This document shows, one piece after another, positions 57,016-64,000 of a stretch of 64,000 nucleotides of DNA. The notes under the pieces are model-generated. The model saw only the letters and a program-made list of their open reading frames with translations. It was not told the origin of the DNA and searched no databases. Origin of the DNA: Eggerthellaceae bacterium (lineage in GTDB: Bacteria > Actinomycetota > Coriobacteriia > Coriobacteriales > Eggerthellaceae); the NCBI GenBank assembly GCA_017459805.1, contig JAFUCE010000049.1, positions 2,464 through 66,463 of the forward strand. The letters are read 5' to 3'. How positions within the stretch are numbered: the stretch's first letter is position 1; every line of letters begins with the position of its first letter. Position numbers and translations under genes: made by a program.

Positions 57016-58167
57016 CTACCACGTGCTCGCGATCAAATAGGCTTTGGCATCGTGGGCTTCGCCGTTTCGCCAGCGGATTTTTACAAAGGTAGGGAAGCAG
57101 TACAGTCGCATGCTTTCACCCTGGAACGAAACGCACCTCGAAAACGCAGTTGCGGGAAGTAAGCGCCAGCGGTCGTCGGCAAGGCCCCAGGCTTCCAGCT
57201 GTTCCATAAGCTGCCCCGCGGCTCCGCTCGTCTTAAAGATTGCTTCTGGCTTATTATCGCCCGGCAAAAGGAAGCGTGCACTCAGCCCAAGGGTCGGCTC
57301 CGCCGTGCCATCTGGTGCAATATTAAATTGGAATTCAATACGGAACGGCAGCCGCGCAAAGCTTTGGCACCACGGAATAATAGTGGTGCCCGCGGTGCTT
57401 ATACCAAGCTGATTCAAATGCGCTTCAAGGAGCGCCGCATCTTGCGCGTAGGCCTGCTGCATTTCTTCAGTGGGGATGCATTCGACACGCAAGCCCATAT
57501 CCGCCCGAGACGGGAACACGCCCGCGTAACACGCAAACCAATCCTGTGGCTTACGTTCCATGAATGCGCGGTAGGCACCCACGGCGTCTGGCCTGCCCGC
57601 AGCTTGGAAAAAGCCGCCCATGGTGTCGTCGTTTCTGTGGTACAGCAAAAGCTGAACGGCAGGGTTGTCCACAAGACCCTTACTTATATCGTGGCTCAGG
57701 GCAAGCTGGCGCCCATCTGTTGCTTGCGTGGCAAACCATTCGAACACTTCGGGATAGAAGATCTGCGGCGCAGGCTCGACAGCTTCCGCCGTCCCCGTGC
57801 GCCGCGGCGCAGACTCGGCAGCTTCCGCCGTCCCCGTGCGCCGCGGGGCGGGCTCGGCAGCCCCCGATGTCCCAGCGCATTGCGGCGCAGGCTCGGCAGC
57901 CCCCGATGTCCCAGCGCATTGCGGTGCGCGCCCAGCAGCAGAAGCAGCCCCGTCCATAAGGCTTTCCCGACTCGTAAGCACATGCAAATCAAACCAGGGC
58001 TCACCTAAAAGAGGCAGCTCAAACCACACTTCGGGAAATGACGAACCGACGAAGCTGCGTTCAAATACGTCATCCGCACGGGATGCGCAATCGCCGAATA
58101 AAGCAGCTTCGCGCCCGTCCAGGGCAGCTTGCGCGTAAATCAAGTTATAAATGATGCCGTAATTCAA
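57016..58167 (-). CDS. hypothetical protein, paralog A of an unrecognised family (see 61623-62810)
   Basis: Shares N-terminal (FPEVWFELPLLGEPWFDLHVL vs FPSVYLEFPLLGDPFLDVTLL) and C-terminal (ADDRWRLL...FPTFVKIRWRNG...AKAY vs ADERWHLS...FPKWVKARWRAG...AKMY) blocks with paralog B. The start is an apparent TTG and is uncertain. Confidence 0.7.
   Translation of the reverse strand: MNYGIIYNLIYAQAALDGREAALFGDCASRADDVFERSFVGSSFPEVWFELPLLGEPWFDLHVLTSRESLMDGAASAAGRAPQCAGTSGAAEPAPQCAGTSGAAEPAPRRTGTAEAAESAPRRTGTAEAVEPAPQIFYPEVFEWFATQATDGRQLALSHDISKGLVDNPAVQLLLYHRNDDTMGGFFQAAGRPDAVGAYRAFMERKPQDWFACYAGVFPSRADMGLRVECIPTEEMQQAYAQDAALLEAHLNQLGISTAGTTIIPWCQSFARLPFRIEFQFNIAPDGTAEPTLGLSARFLLPGDNKPEAIFKTSGAAGQLMEQLEAWGLADDRWRLLPATAFSRCVSFQGESMRLYCFPTFVKIRWRNGEAHDAKAYLIASTW
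57767..57922 (-). repeat. 39-nt in-frame tandem repeats (2+2 copies) inside paralog A
   Basis: The units encode APQCAGTSGAAEP x2 and APRRTGTAEA(A/V)E(S/P) x2. Unit boundaries are at 57767, 57806, 57845 and 57884. Confidence 0.85.
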
Positions 58168-58529
58168 AGCGCTTCGCGTCTTTCATGTCATCGCTTGCTG
58201 CAACTCAACCGCAGCACTTTCATAAGCTTATACCCGATAGTATACGCCCGCCTTGCCTCTGTTCATTTTGGATGCAAGCTAAATTAGTTAAGGGCAAGCA
58301 CTGGGCAGACATTTCCCCCGTTCACGCTCCCGCTGGGCGCACCACATTCACATATGCGTTTTCTTCCTGCTATACAAGCTTCGCGTACTGCCTCTCAAGC
58401 TTCTTTTGGTCTATACTAGAGTCCAATTAATAGAAGGAAACAAAACGGTAAATTTATTCGTTTTTTGCTGGAAAAATAACCACGATAGCGTATAACCAAG
58501 GCGTACAGGCACGAGGAAGGAAAAATCAA

Positions 58530-58841
58530 GTGGATCTTAATCTTGATATTAAAACGGAGGGCACAAAAGCCACTATTGCCGCTGAAGGCAAACTGACGGT
58601 ACAAACATCCCCCGACCTTGAAGCGGCCATCAATGAGCTCGGCGAACAAATCTGCGACATCGACATCGACTTGAAGGAAGTCGACTACATCGCGTCCGCA
58701 GGTCTACGCGTGTTGGTCGCAACAGACAAGCTGGTCCTTTCTCGCGGAGGCACCATGCGGCTGCTCTACCCCAACGACGACGTCAATGAAGTATTTGACA
58801 TGACGGGTCTTTCCGACGTGTTCACCATTGAACGTTCGTAG
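58530..58841 (+). CDS. STAS-domain anti-sigma-factor antagonist (SpoIIAA/RsbV-like)
   Basis: GTG start preceded by GGAAGGA. 103 aa: ...GKLTVQTSPDLEAAINEL...IDLKEVDYIASAGLRVLV..., with a conserved Ser in the D-x-I-x-S-x-G-L context. Confidence 0.85.
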   Translation: MDLNLDIKTEGTKATIAAEGKLTVQTSPDLEAAINELGEQICDIDIDLKEVDYIASAGLRVLVATDKLVLSRGGTMRLLYPNDDVNEVFDMTGLSDVFTIERS

Positions 58842-58886
58842 CCAGTTTCACTTAGTTTAGGTAAAGAGCATCACAGGCTTTGTAAG

Positions 58887-61598
58887 ATGAACAAAGCAGA
58901 AAACATGTTTACATGGAAAGGTCTTATTTCCGACCTTGACCGTCGTACCCGCTTTATGGTGTACCTGGTGTTTACCTTTATGGTTGGCACCATCGTCTTT
59001 TGTCAGCTTGGTTTTCTGCCCTTGGGCGGCACGCGTTTATTTCTTGTGCTTGTGCCAATTGCCCTGACCAGTCTGCTTTTTGGCACCATCGGAGGCACTG
59101 TCCTTGGGGCCATCGGCGGCAGCGCCATGATGCTGCACGCGATTCTTCTCCCCTTCGACTACTACGAAAAATACTTTGCTTCACCCATTAACTCTATTGT
59201 CTTGTTTGCCCTCAGCGGTTTCGTGCTGGGGCTTTTGTTTTATTGGGTTACCCGCATTGGGGAAAAGAACCACAATGCTGGTTTTGCTGCCCTTATTGCC
59301 GCCTGCTTTGTTGGGTCATGGTTTGCGTCAACCTTCTTTCAAGTTAACTCGTATCTTATTGCGGCAGTATTAAACTTAAACATTCCAAAAGAACTGTTTG
59401 ACGTTGTTTCGGGCCTGCGTTCTATTGCGATTCAACTGGTGCTAGACGCCCTCATTATGGTTTTGTTTACCGTTATCGCGGCCCTTATTAACCTCAACCG
59501 CACAAACAAGCCCAAGTATGAACGCCCCTTGCGCGACACCTTCATGGGCTGGCTTATTGTGGTAGTGACTCTGGCGTTTATGGCAACCGCTGCCTTTTCC
59601 TATACCTTTATTACGGGGGCGCTTATCGCGCGTGCGAACACGACCCTGGACAACCACATTAGCTACGTAAAAGACCAACTAACTGAGCGCGATGCGTGGA
59701 TCAACCAGATCCAAGCGCGCGGCGGTCTGAGTGCTGACGACCGTGAAAAAATGATATCCCAGTCCATTGAAGGCATCGCCCACGGTCTGCAGCTAGGCCA
59801 AAATGGCGTCACTATCGTGGCGGAAAATGGCGTGATTGCTTCATCGAACGAAACTGGTATCGTTGGCCAAAGCTTTGAAGACGTGGTAGGTGCGGGCATA
59901 AGCGGCGGATTTAGCGAAAGCGTTTATAACACCGCTCGGCCTTTGGAATACTACTACGGCGGCATCGTTAGTGCGAGCTTGGAAGACGGTTCTGGCGACG
60001 GTAGCGGCGGCGGTGACGAAGGTGACAGCGGCAGCGCGAGCAGCAATGCAAGCGCCATTGCCAACGCCGCAGAAATCAGCTACCTCAAGGCATCGGAGAT
60101 TAGCTACATGCGTGCTCAGCAAGTGGGCAAGTATCAGGTTGCAGCCATTATGCCCGGAACCGACGTGTTCGAATACCGGACGCTTGCCCTAGCACTCATG
60201 ACGCTTGTCTTCTTGATTCAGTTCGTTCTCGTGTTTCTTTTGGCCATGCGCTTGCTCGACCAAGTTGTCGTGCGTCGCATCGACCAAACAAACGAAACGC
60301 TTGAACGCATTACCGAAGGCGACCTTGACCAAATGGTCGAAGTGAAAGACAGCATTGAATTTGCTTCCCTTTCAGCGGGCATCAATTCAACGGTGGGTGC
60401 CCTGAAGGATTCCATTGCCGAAGCCGAAGCGCGCATCGACCGCGAGCTGACAACGGCGCAGGCCATTCAAAAAAGCGCCCTGCCGCAGGTTTTCCCACCC
60501 TTCCCAGAAATTGAAAAGTTCGACATTTTTGCCAGCATGGAACCTGCGCGCGAAGTTGGCGGCGACTTCTACGACTTCTTCCTCCTTGACAACGACCGCC
60601 TCGGCCTCGTTATTGCCGACGTAAGCGGCAAAGGCATTCCCGCGGCATTGTTTATGATGGGCGCAAAAACCGAAATTGAGGCATGCCTTTCATCGAACAT
60701 GAGCTTGGTTGACGCCATTTCCACAGCCAACTATCACCTCTGCCAAGGCAATGATGCAAACATGTTTGTTACGGTGTTTGCTGCTGTGCTCAACTATTCA
60801 AATGGCGAACTGGAATACGTAAACGCTGGCCATAACCCACCCATGCTGCGTCGCGCGGGTACATGGGAATGGCTGAACGAAAAATCAGGGCCATTCATGG
60901 GTGCCTTCGAGACGGCTAAGTATCGTTCATACAGCACGACGATTGCCGAAGGCGACGAGATTCTTTTGTATACCGACGGCGTGACGGAAGCCATGAATCC
61001 ACAAGAAGAATTATATGGCGAAGAACGTCTGGGGGCTTTCCTGGCAGAGCACACTACGCTGCATCCGCGCAAGTTGCTCGAAGCGGTGCGCCGCGACTTA
61101 TATCGCTGGGCAAACGGCGCAGACCAGGCCGACGACATTACCATGCTGTGTGTTGAATATGGTTATGCGCCCGAAGCTTCGGCATCTATTATTTTGCCTG
61201 CCCGCATCGACCAACTCGAGGCAGCGCAGCGCTTTGTCCACAGTGAACTTTCACGGCGCAAATGCCCCATTGCAGTACAAAACAAGATTGACATCTGCAT
61301 TGAAGAACTGTTCGTAAACGTAGCAAGCTATGCCTACCCCGACGCCACCGACGACACCCCGGGGCGCGTGCGCATATCCTACATTTATCATGGCGACCCA
61401 CAGGGAATTACGATTGAGATTTCAGACGAAGGCACGCCCTTCAACCCGCTTGCCAAAGCGGACCCGCAGGCACCCGATAGTATTGCGGAAGCAAAAATTG
61501 GTGGGTTGGGCATCTTTATGACCAAGACCATCGCCGACGATATTACGTATAACTATCACGATAATTGCAACGTTACTTCTTTCACAAAAAACTGGTAG
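58887..61598 (+). CDS. membrane sensor protein fusing polytopic TM region, extracytoplasmic loop domain, HAMP, PP2C/SpoIIE-type phosphatase and a C-terminal RsbW/SpoIIAB-like HATPase (anti-sigma kinase) domain
   Basis: About 8 N-terminal TM helices, a ~200-aa loop, another TM helix and a HAMP-like segment (VVRRIDQTNETLERITEGDLDQMVEV). PP2C motifs GGDFYDFF and LVIADVSGKGIPAALFM. C-terminal N-box EELFVNVASYAY, G1 DEGTPFNP and G2 GGLGIFM. Confidence 0.85.
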   Translation: MNKAENMFTWKGLISDLDRRTRFMVYLVFTFMVGTIVFCQLGFLPLGGTRLFLVLVPIALTSLLFGTIGGTVLGAIGGSAMMLHAILLPFDYYEKYFASPINSIVLFALSGFVLGLLFYWVTRIGEKNHNAGFAALIAACFVGSWFASTFFQVNSYLIAAVLNLNIPKELFDVVSGLRSIAIQLVLDALIMVLFTVIAALINLNRTNKPKYERPLRDTFMGWLIVVVTLAFMATAAFSYTFITGALIARANTTLDNHISYVKDQLTERDAWINQIQARGGLSADDREKMISQSIEGIAHGLQLGQNGVTIVAENGVIASSNETGIVGQSFEDVVGAGISGGFSESVYNTARPLEYYYGGIVSASLEDGSGDGSGGGDEGDSGSASSNASAIANAAEISYLKASEISYMRAQQVGKYQVAAIMPGTDVFEYRTLALALMTLVFLIQFVLVFLLAMRLLDQVVVRRIDQTNETLERITEGDLDQMVEVKDSIEFASLSAGINSTVGALKDSIAEAEARIDRELTTAQAIQKSALPQVFPPFPEIEKFDIFASMEPAREVGGDFYDFFLLDNDRLGLVIADVSGKGIPAALFMMGAKTEIEACLSSNMSLVDAISTANYHLCQGNDANMFVTVFAAVLNYSNGELEYVNAGHNPPMLRRAGTWEWLNEKSGPFMGAFETAKYRSYSTTIAEGDEILLYTDGVTEAMNPQEELYGEERLGAFLAEHTTLHPRKLLEAVRRDLYRWANGADQADDITMLCVEYGYAPEASASIILPARIDQLEAAQRFVHSELSRRKCPIAVQNKIDICIEELFVNVASYAYPDATDDTPGRVRISYIYHGDPQGITIEISDEGTPFNPLAKADPQAPDSIAEAKIGGLGIFMTKTIADDITYNYHDNCNVTSFTKNW

Positions 61599-61622
61599 AA
61601 GAATAGCGAGAGAGGCGCATAC

Positions 61623-62810
61623 ATGAAGGCCCCTTCGCATGAAGATGCGTTTCAAGCTTTACTACTGCAAGCAGCTGGCGAGGGCCGCGGCGAAGTCCTG
61701 TTTGCAGATAGTCTCGAGCGCGTTCAGCAACAGGTTCCACCCTTCCTGGTGGGCGACAAATTTCCTTCCGTGTACCTGGAGTTTCCGCTTTTGGGCGACC
61801 CGTTTCTGGACGTAACTTTACTTTATAGCGAGCTTGCACCTGGTGTGCGTATTGAACACCCTGCTGCAGCGGGATCAGAAGGTATGATGGACTGGTTTGC
61901 GGGCCTGGATAATCACAAAAACTCGGGCGCAAACCCCGGCCCAGCCCCTAACACCAATTCGGGCGCAAACCCCGGCTCATCCCCAAATACCAACTCAGCC
62001 CCTAACCCCAGCCAGGGCAGCAAGAACAACGTAAGCACGAACAACAAAAATGGAGCGAGCGCTTCCGCACTAAGCGGCAACAGAAAAGATCTTGATATTT
62101 GCTGCGGCTTCGAACTGGATACCAAAAACCCTGAACTACCTGCAGCCGCCGTACATTTTCAGCCACGCGCTCACACCGAACTGGTGCGCCCCTTCTGCGA
62201 AGCCGTAGGCGAGCCAGACCGCGCCAAGCTGTATTTAGATATGGCTGCGCGCATGCCAGAAGGCTGGCCGCTTTCGTTTTTCGGCATGTTTCGCGGGCGC
62301 CATGGTTCACCCCTGCGCGTGTGCGGCTACATGGGTGCCGACGAAAAAGCTTTGTGCGCACAGGACCCACAGCGTCTGATGGGCGTGTTCGATAGCCTTG
62401 GCTTTACTGCCTACGATGACACTATGGTGCAAGAGACGTGTACACTCCTAGGCCTTGCTGGCAATGCGGCTGATTTCCAGTTTGACGTATACCCCGATGG
62501 CAGCTTGGGCGACACTTTTGCCCTCGATAATTCATTTGATATTGAAAGACCTGAAAACGTACAAGATAGCTTTGCGAACGGGCCAGCATCACGGGTCATG
62601 CAATTCTTCCAGGAACGCGGCGTGGCCGATGAGCGTTGGCATCTTTCGTCCGACATGACCTTTGCGCGTGCCATTCCTGTGAGCAACGAAGATGGCTCAA
62701 AGAGCAAATATGCTTTCGTTGTATTCCCCAAGTGGGTAAAAGCCCGGTGGCGTGCAGGCGTGCTGCAGCCAGCAAAAATGTACACCTACGTCCACGCCTG
62801 CTTCCTTTAG
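61623..62810 (+). CDS. hypothetical protein, paralog B of the family at 57016-58167
   Basis: RBS GAGAGAGG. It shares conserved blocks with paralog A (see that entry). It has an Asn/Pro/Gly/Ser-rich insert at the equivalent position. Confidence 0.75.
   Translation: MKAPSHEDAFQALLLQAAGEGRGEVLFADSLERVQQQVPPFLVGDKFPSVYLEFPLLGDPFLDVTLLYSELAPGVRIEHPAAAGSEGMMDWFAGLDNHKNSGANPGPAPNTNSGANPGSSPNTNSAPNPSQGSKNNVSTNNKNGASASALSGNRKDLDICCGFELDTKNPELPAAAVHFQPRAHTELVRPFCEAVGEPDRAKLYLDMAARMPEGWPLSFFGMFRGRHGSPLRVCGYMGADEKALCAQDPQRLMGVFDSLGFTAYDDTMVQETCTLLGLAGNAADFQFDVYPDGSLGDTFALDNSFDIERPENVQDSFANGPASRVMQFFQERGVADERWHLSSDMTFARAIPVSNEDGSKSKYAFVVFPKWVKARWRAGVLQPAKMYTYVHACFL
61920..62009 (+). repeat. 36-nt in-frame tandem repeat (2.5 copies) inside paralog B
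   Basis: aa(c/t)tcgggcgcaaaccccggc... units at 61920, 61956 and a partial one at 61992. They encode NSGANPG(P/S)(A/S)PNT. Confidence 0.85.
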
Positions 62811-62942
62811 GCAATATACTGTTCCCGCCGCCTTATAAAACAAGCATCATCCTATTCGCCACATCAGCCAGGTAACATGTACCAAAAGCTCCTACGCGAT
62901 AACAGTAGTTTCCTTTCTCCCATACATATCAATATAAAAGTA

Positions 62943-62986
62943 AGCCTGCTGGAGTCCTTCCTAACTCCAGCAGGCTAGCTTTTTAA
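62943..62986 (+). terminator. rho-independent terminator downstream of paralog B
   Basis: AGCCTGCTGGAG-N10-CTCCAGCAGGCT is a 12-bp stem followed by AGCTTTTTA. Confidence 0.7.
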
Positions 62987-63054
62987 TAAACTATCCTCTT
63001 TCGCCCCATTTTTCTCTCATTTTCAATTTAGCTATCCAAAAACAGCTCCAAATC

Positions 63055-63227
63055 TGTCACAAAAATGGATTAGTACACAAGAGCCAAAAAGTCTGCTTTC
63101 CTAGCCATCGCTTTTACCAGGCATTATAAAGTTGAACCTTTTCCAGGTACAACAGATTGCCTCCAAAAAGGAGCTTTATGAAGTCTTTTGATGCGGTAAT
63201 CTTGTGTACGAATCCATTTTTGTGACA
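63055..63227. repeat. 28-bp inverted repeat pair (27/28 match) flanking a 117-bp AT-rich spacer
   Basis: TGTCACAAAAATGGATTAGTACACAAGA is at 63055-63082. The reverse complement of 63200-63227 is TGTCACAAAAATGGATTCGTACACAAGA. The pair lies in an AT-rich gene-free stretch. Confidence 0.85.
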
Positions 63228-63290
63228 AAACTCAAGCAGATAATTGATAATGGTTACCACGCCCCCCACGCCGATTTAGAAAGATATACA

Positions 63291-64000
63291 ATGACCGACC
63301 CCCGGTTATATATCAGTCATGGTTCTGCCTTGTTTTATTGGCGTACCAATCCACCTATCTATGTCTTGGATGGTCTTAAACAAAAGAATAGAAAACCACG
63401 CGACTGCCCTAAGAGAATAGAAGCTGTTCAGGCTTTACCCTTAAGCGAGAAAGAGTTTGGGCCAGACCCTATTGATGTACTTGTGTCGCCAGGTGAGCCA
63501 CGCGCAGGGCGTCCGCGGCTTAAACATCATTTACAACGAGCAAAACTACCTATCAACACGCTTTGTCCTCTCTATAGCGGCATTCATGTTGCATCGCCCG
63601 AACTGTGTCTTGTGCAAATGTGCGCTACGCGCACATTTGTTGAGGCGCTTGAGATTGGCATGGAGCTATGTGGCACTTATGCCCTACGTCCTGAAGGCAT
63701 CGAAGATAGCGCTGTAAGGAGCTATACGCTTATTAACGCAGCAACTTTTGCAAAACATGTAAACGCCTGGAAGGATTTGCATGGTCTGGCAGCTGCGCGT
63801 AGGGCGGCACGCTACTTGCTAAACGGATCGGCATCACCCATGGAAACAAAGCTATACCTCTTGCTGTGCTTACCGCAAAAATATGGTGGATATAATCTGG
63901 GCAAACCCGAGTTCAATGTTGACGTCGAGGTACCGCAGCAGATGCGCAAATCACTTAAACAAAAAGTGGTCAGACCCGATTTATTTTGGCGCAATGAAAA
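63291..64000 (+). CDS. hypothetical protein, C-terminally truncated by the window end; distal part resembles DUF559/Vsr-like PD-(D/E)XK endonuclease-fold proteins
   Basis: Not in the ORF track because no stop lies inside the window. ATG 63291 opens a stop-free frame of 236 codons: MTDPRLYISHGSALFYWRTNPP...NGSASPMETKLYLLLCLPQKYGGYNLGKPEFNVDVEV...VVRPDLFWRNE. The S-P-x-E-(T/S)...P-x-x-N...R-P-D-L-x-W pattern is typical of DUF559-type proteins. GC content is lower than in flanking genes. Confidence 0.55.
   Translation, partial: MTDPRLYISHGSALFYWRTNPPIYVLDGLKQKNRKPRDCPKRIEAVQALPLSEKEFGPDPIDVLVSPGEPRAGRPRLKHHLQRAKLPINTLCPLYSGIHVASPELCLVQMCATRTFVEALEIGMELCGTYALRPEGIEDSAVRSYTLINAATFAKHVNAWKDLHGLAAARRAARYLLNGSASPMETKLYLLLCLPQKYGGYNLGKPEFNVDVEVPQQMRKSLKQKVVRPDLFWRNE

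Noticed and set aside
63177-63224. 15-codon micro-ORF (MKSFDAVILCTNPFL) with AAAAGGAG RBS inside the inverted-repeat element
   Set aside because: It is too short to support from sequence alone. It may be coincidental in AT-rich DNA, and I mention it only as something ribosome profiling could test.
63457-63994. Track ORFs 63457-63717 (+) and 63812-63994 (-)
   Set aside because: Both lie in other frames of the longer stop-free frame that starts at 63291 and carries a DUF559-like motif pattern, so the long frame is preferred.

Overview
A 64 kb chromosomal segment of moderately high GC, with most genes on the minus strand. Gene content suggests a Gram-positive actinobacterium, probably Coriobacteriia or Eggerthellaceae-like. 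That placement is inferred from a Tat-exported anchor-less molybdoenzyme cluster, an LAxTG-type surface adhesin, a type III glutamine synthetase and Ltp, DUF3298 and SPFH envelope proteins. Housekeeping genes I recognise are carB, a citramalate/isopropylmalate synthase-family gene, ilvE, glnN (type III), rplM-rpsI, rlmH, hom, lysA, a copA-type P-type ATPase, 5-formyl-THF cyclo-ligase, an AICAR-transformylase-only PurH-like gene and a PurF-like gene that lacks the N-terminal Cys. Five accessory blocks stand out. (1) At 2.8-8.6 kb, a PucR-regulated operon holds an unrecognised Cys-rich 409-aa protein, a short GcvT-family folate enzyme and SDRs. (2) At 37-45.5 kb, a Tat-lipoprotein molybdopterin oxidoreductase cluster has two TorD-like chaperones, a polyferredoxin, two duplicated-wHTH regulators and a YedZ-like membrane protein, but no NrfD/DmsC anchor. 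(3) At 57-62.8 kb, a partner-switching module with no sigma factor (STAS plus a membrane sensor PP2C-HATPase fusion) is bracketed by two divergent paralogs of an unrecognised family. (4) At 51.8-52.1 kb there is a T-free 38-bp noncoding tandem repeat. (5) From 62.8 kb to the window end, an AT-rich junction carries a 28-bp inverted repeat followed by a DUF559-like partial gene. I found no rRNA, tRNA, CRISPR array, transposase or integrase. All family calls come from reading motifs in the translated ORFs, and no database search was run.
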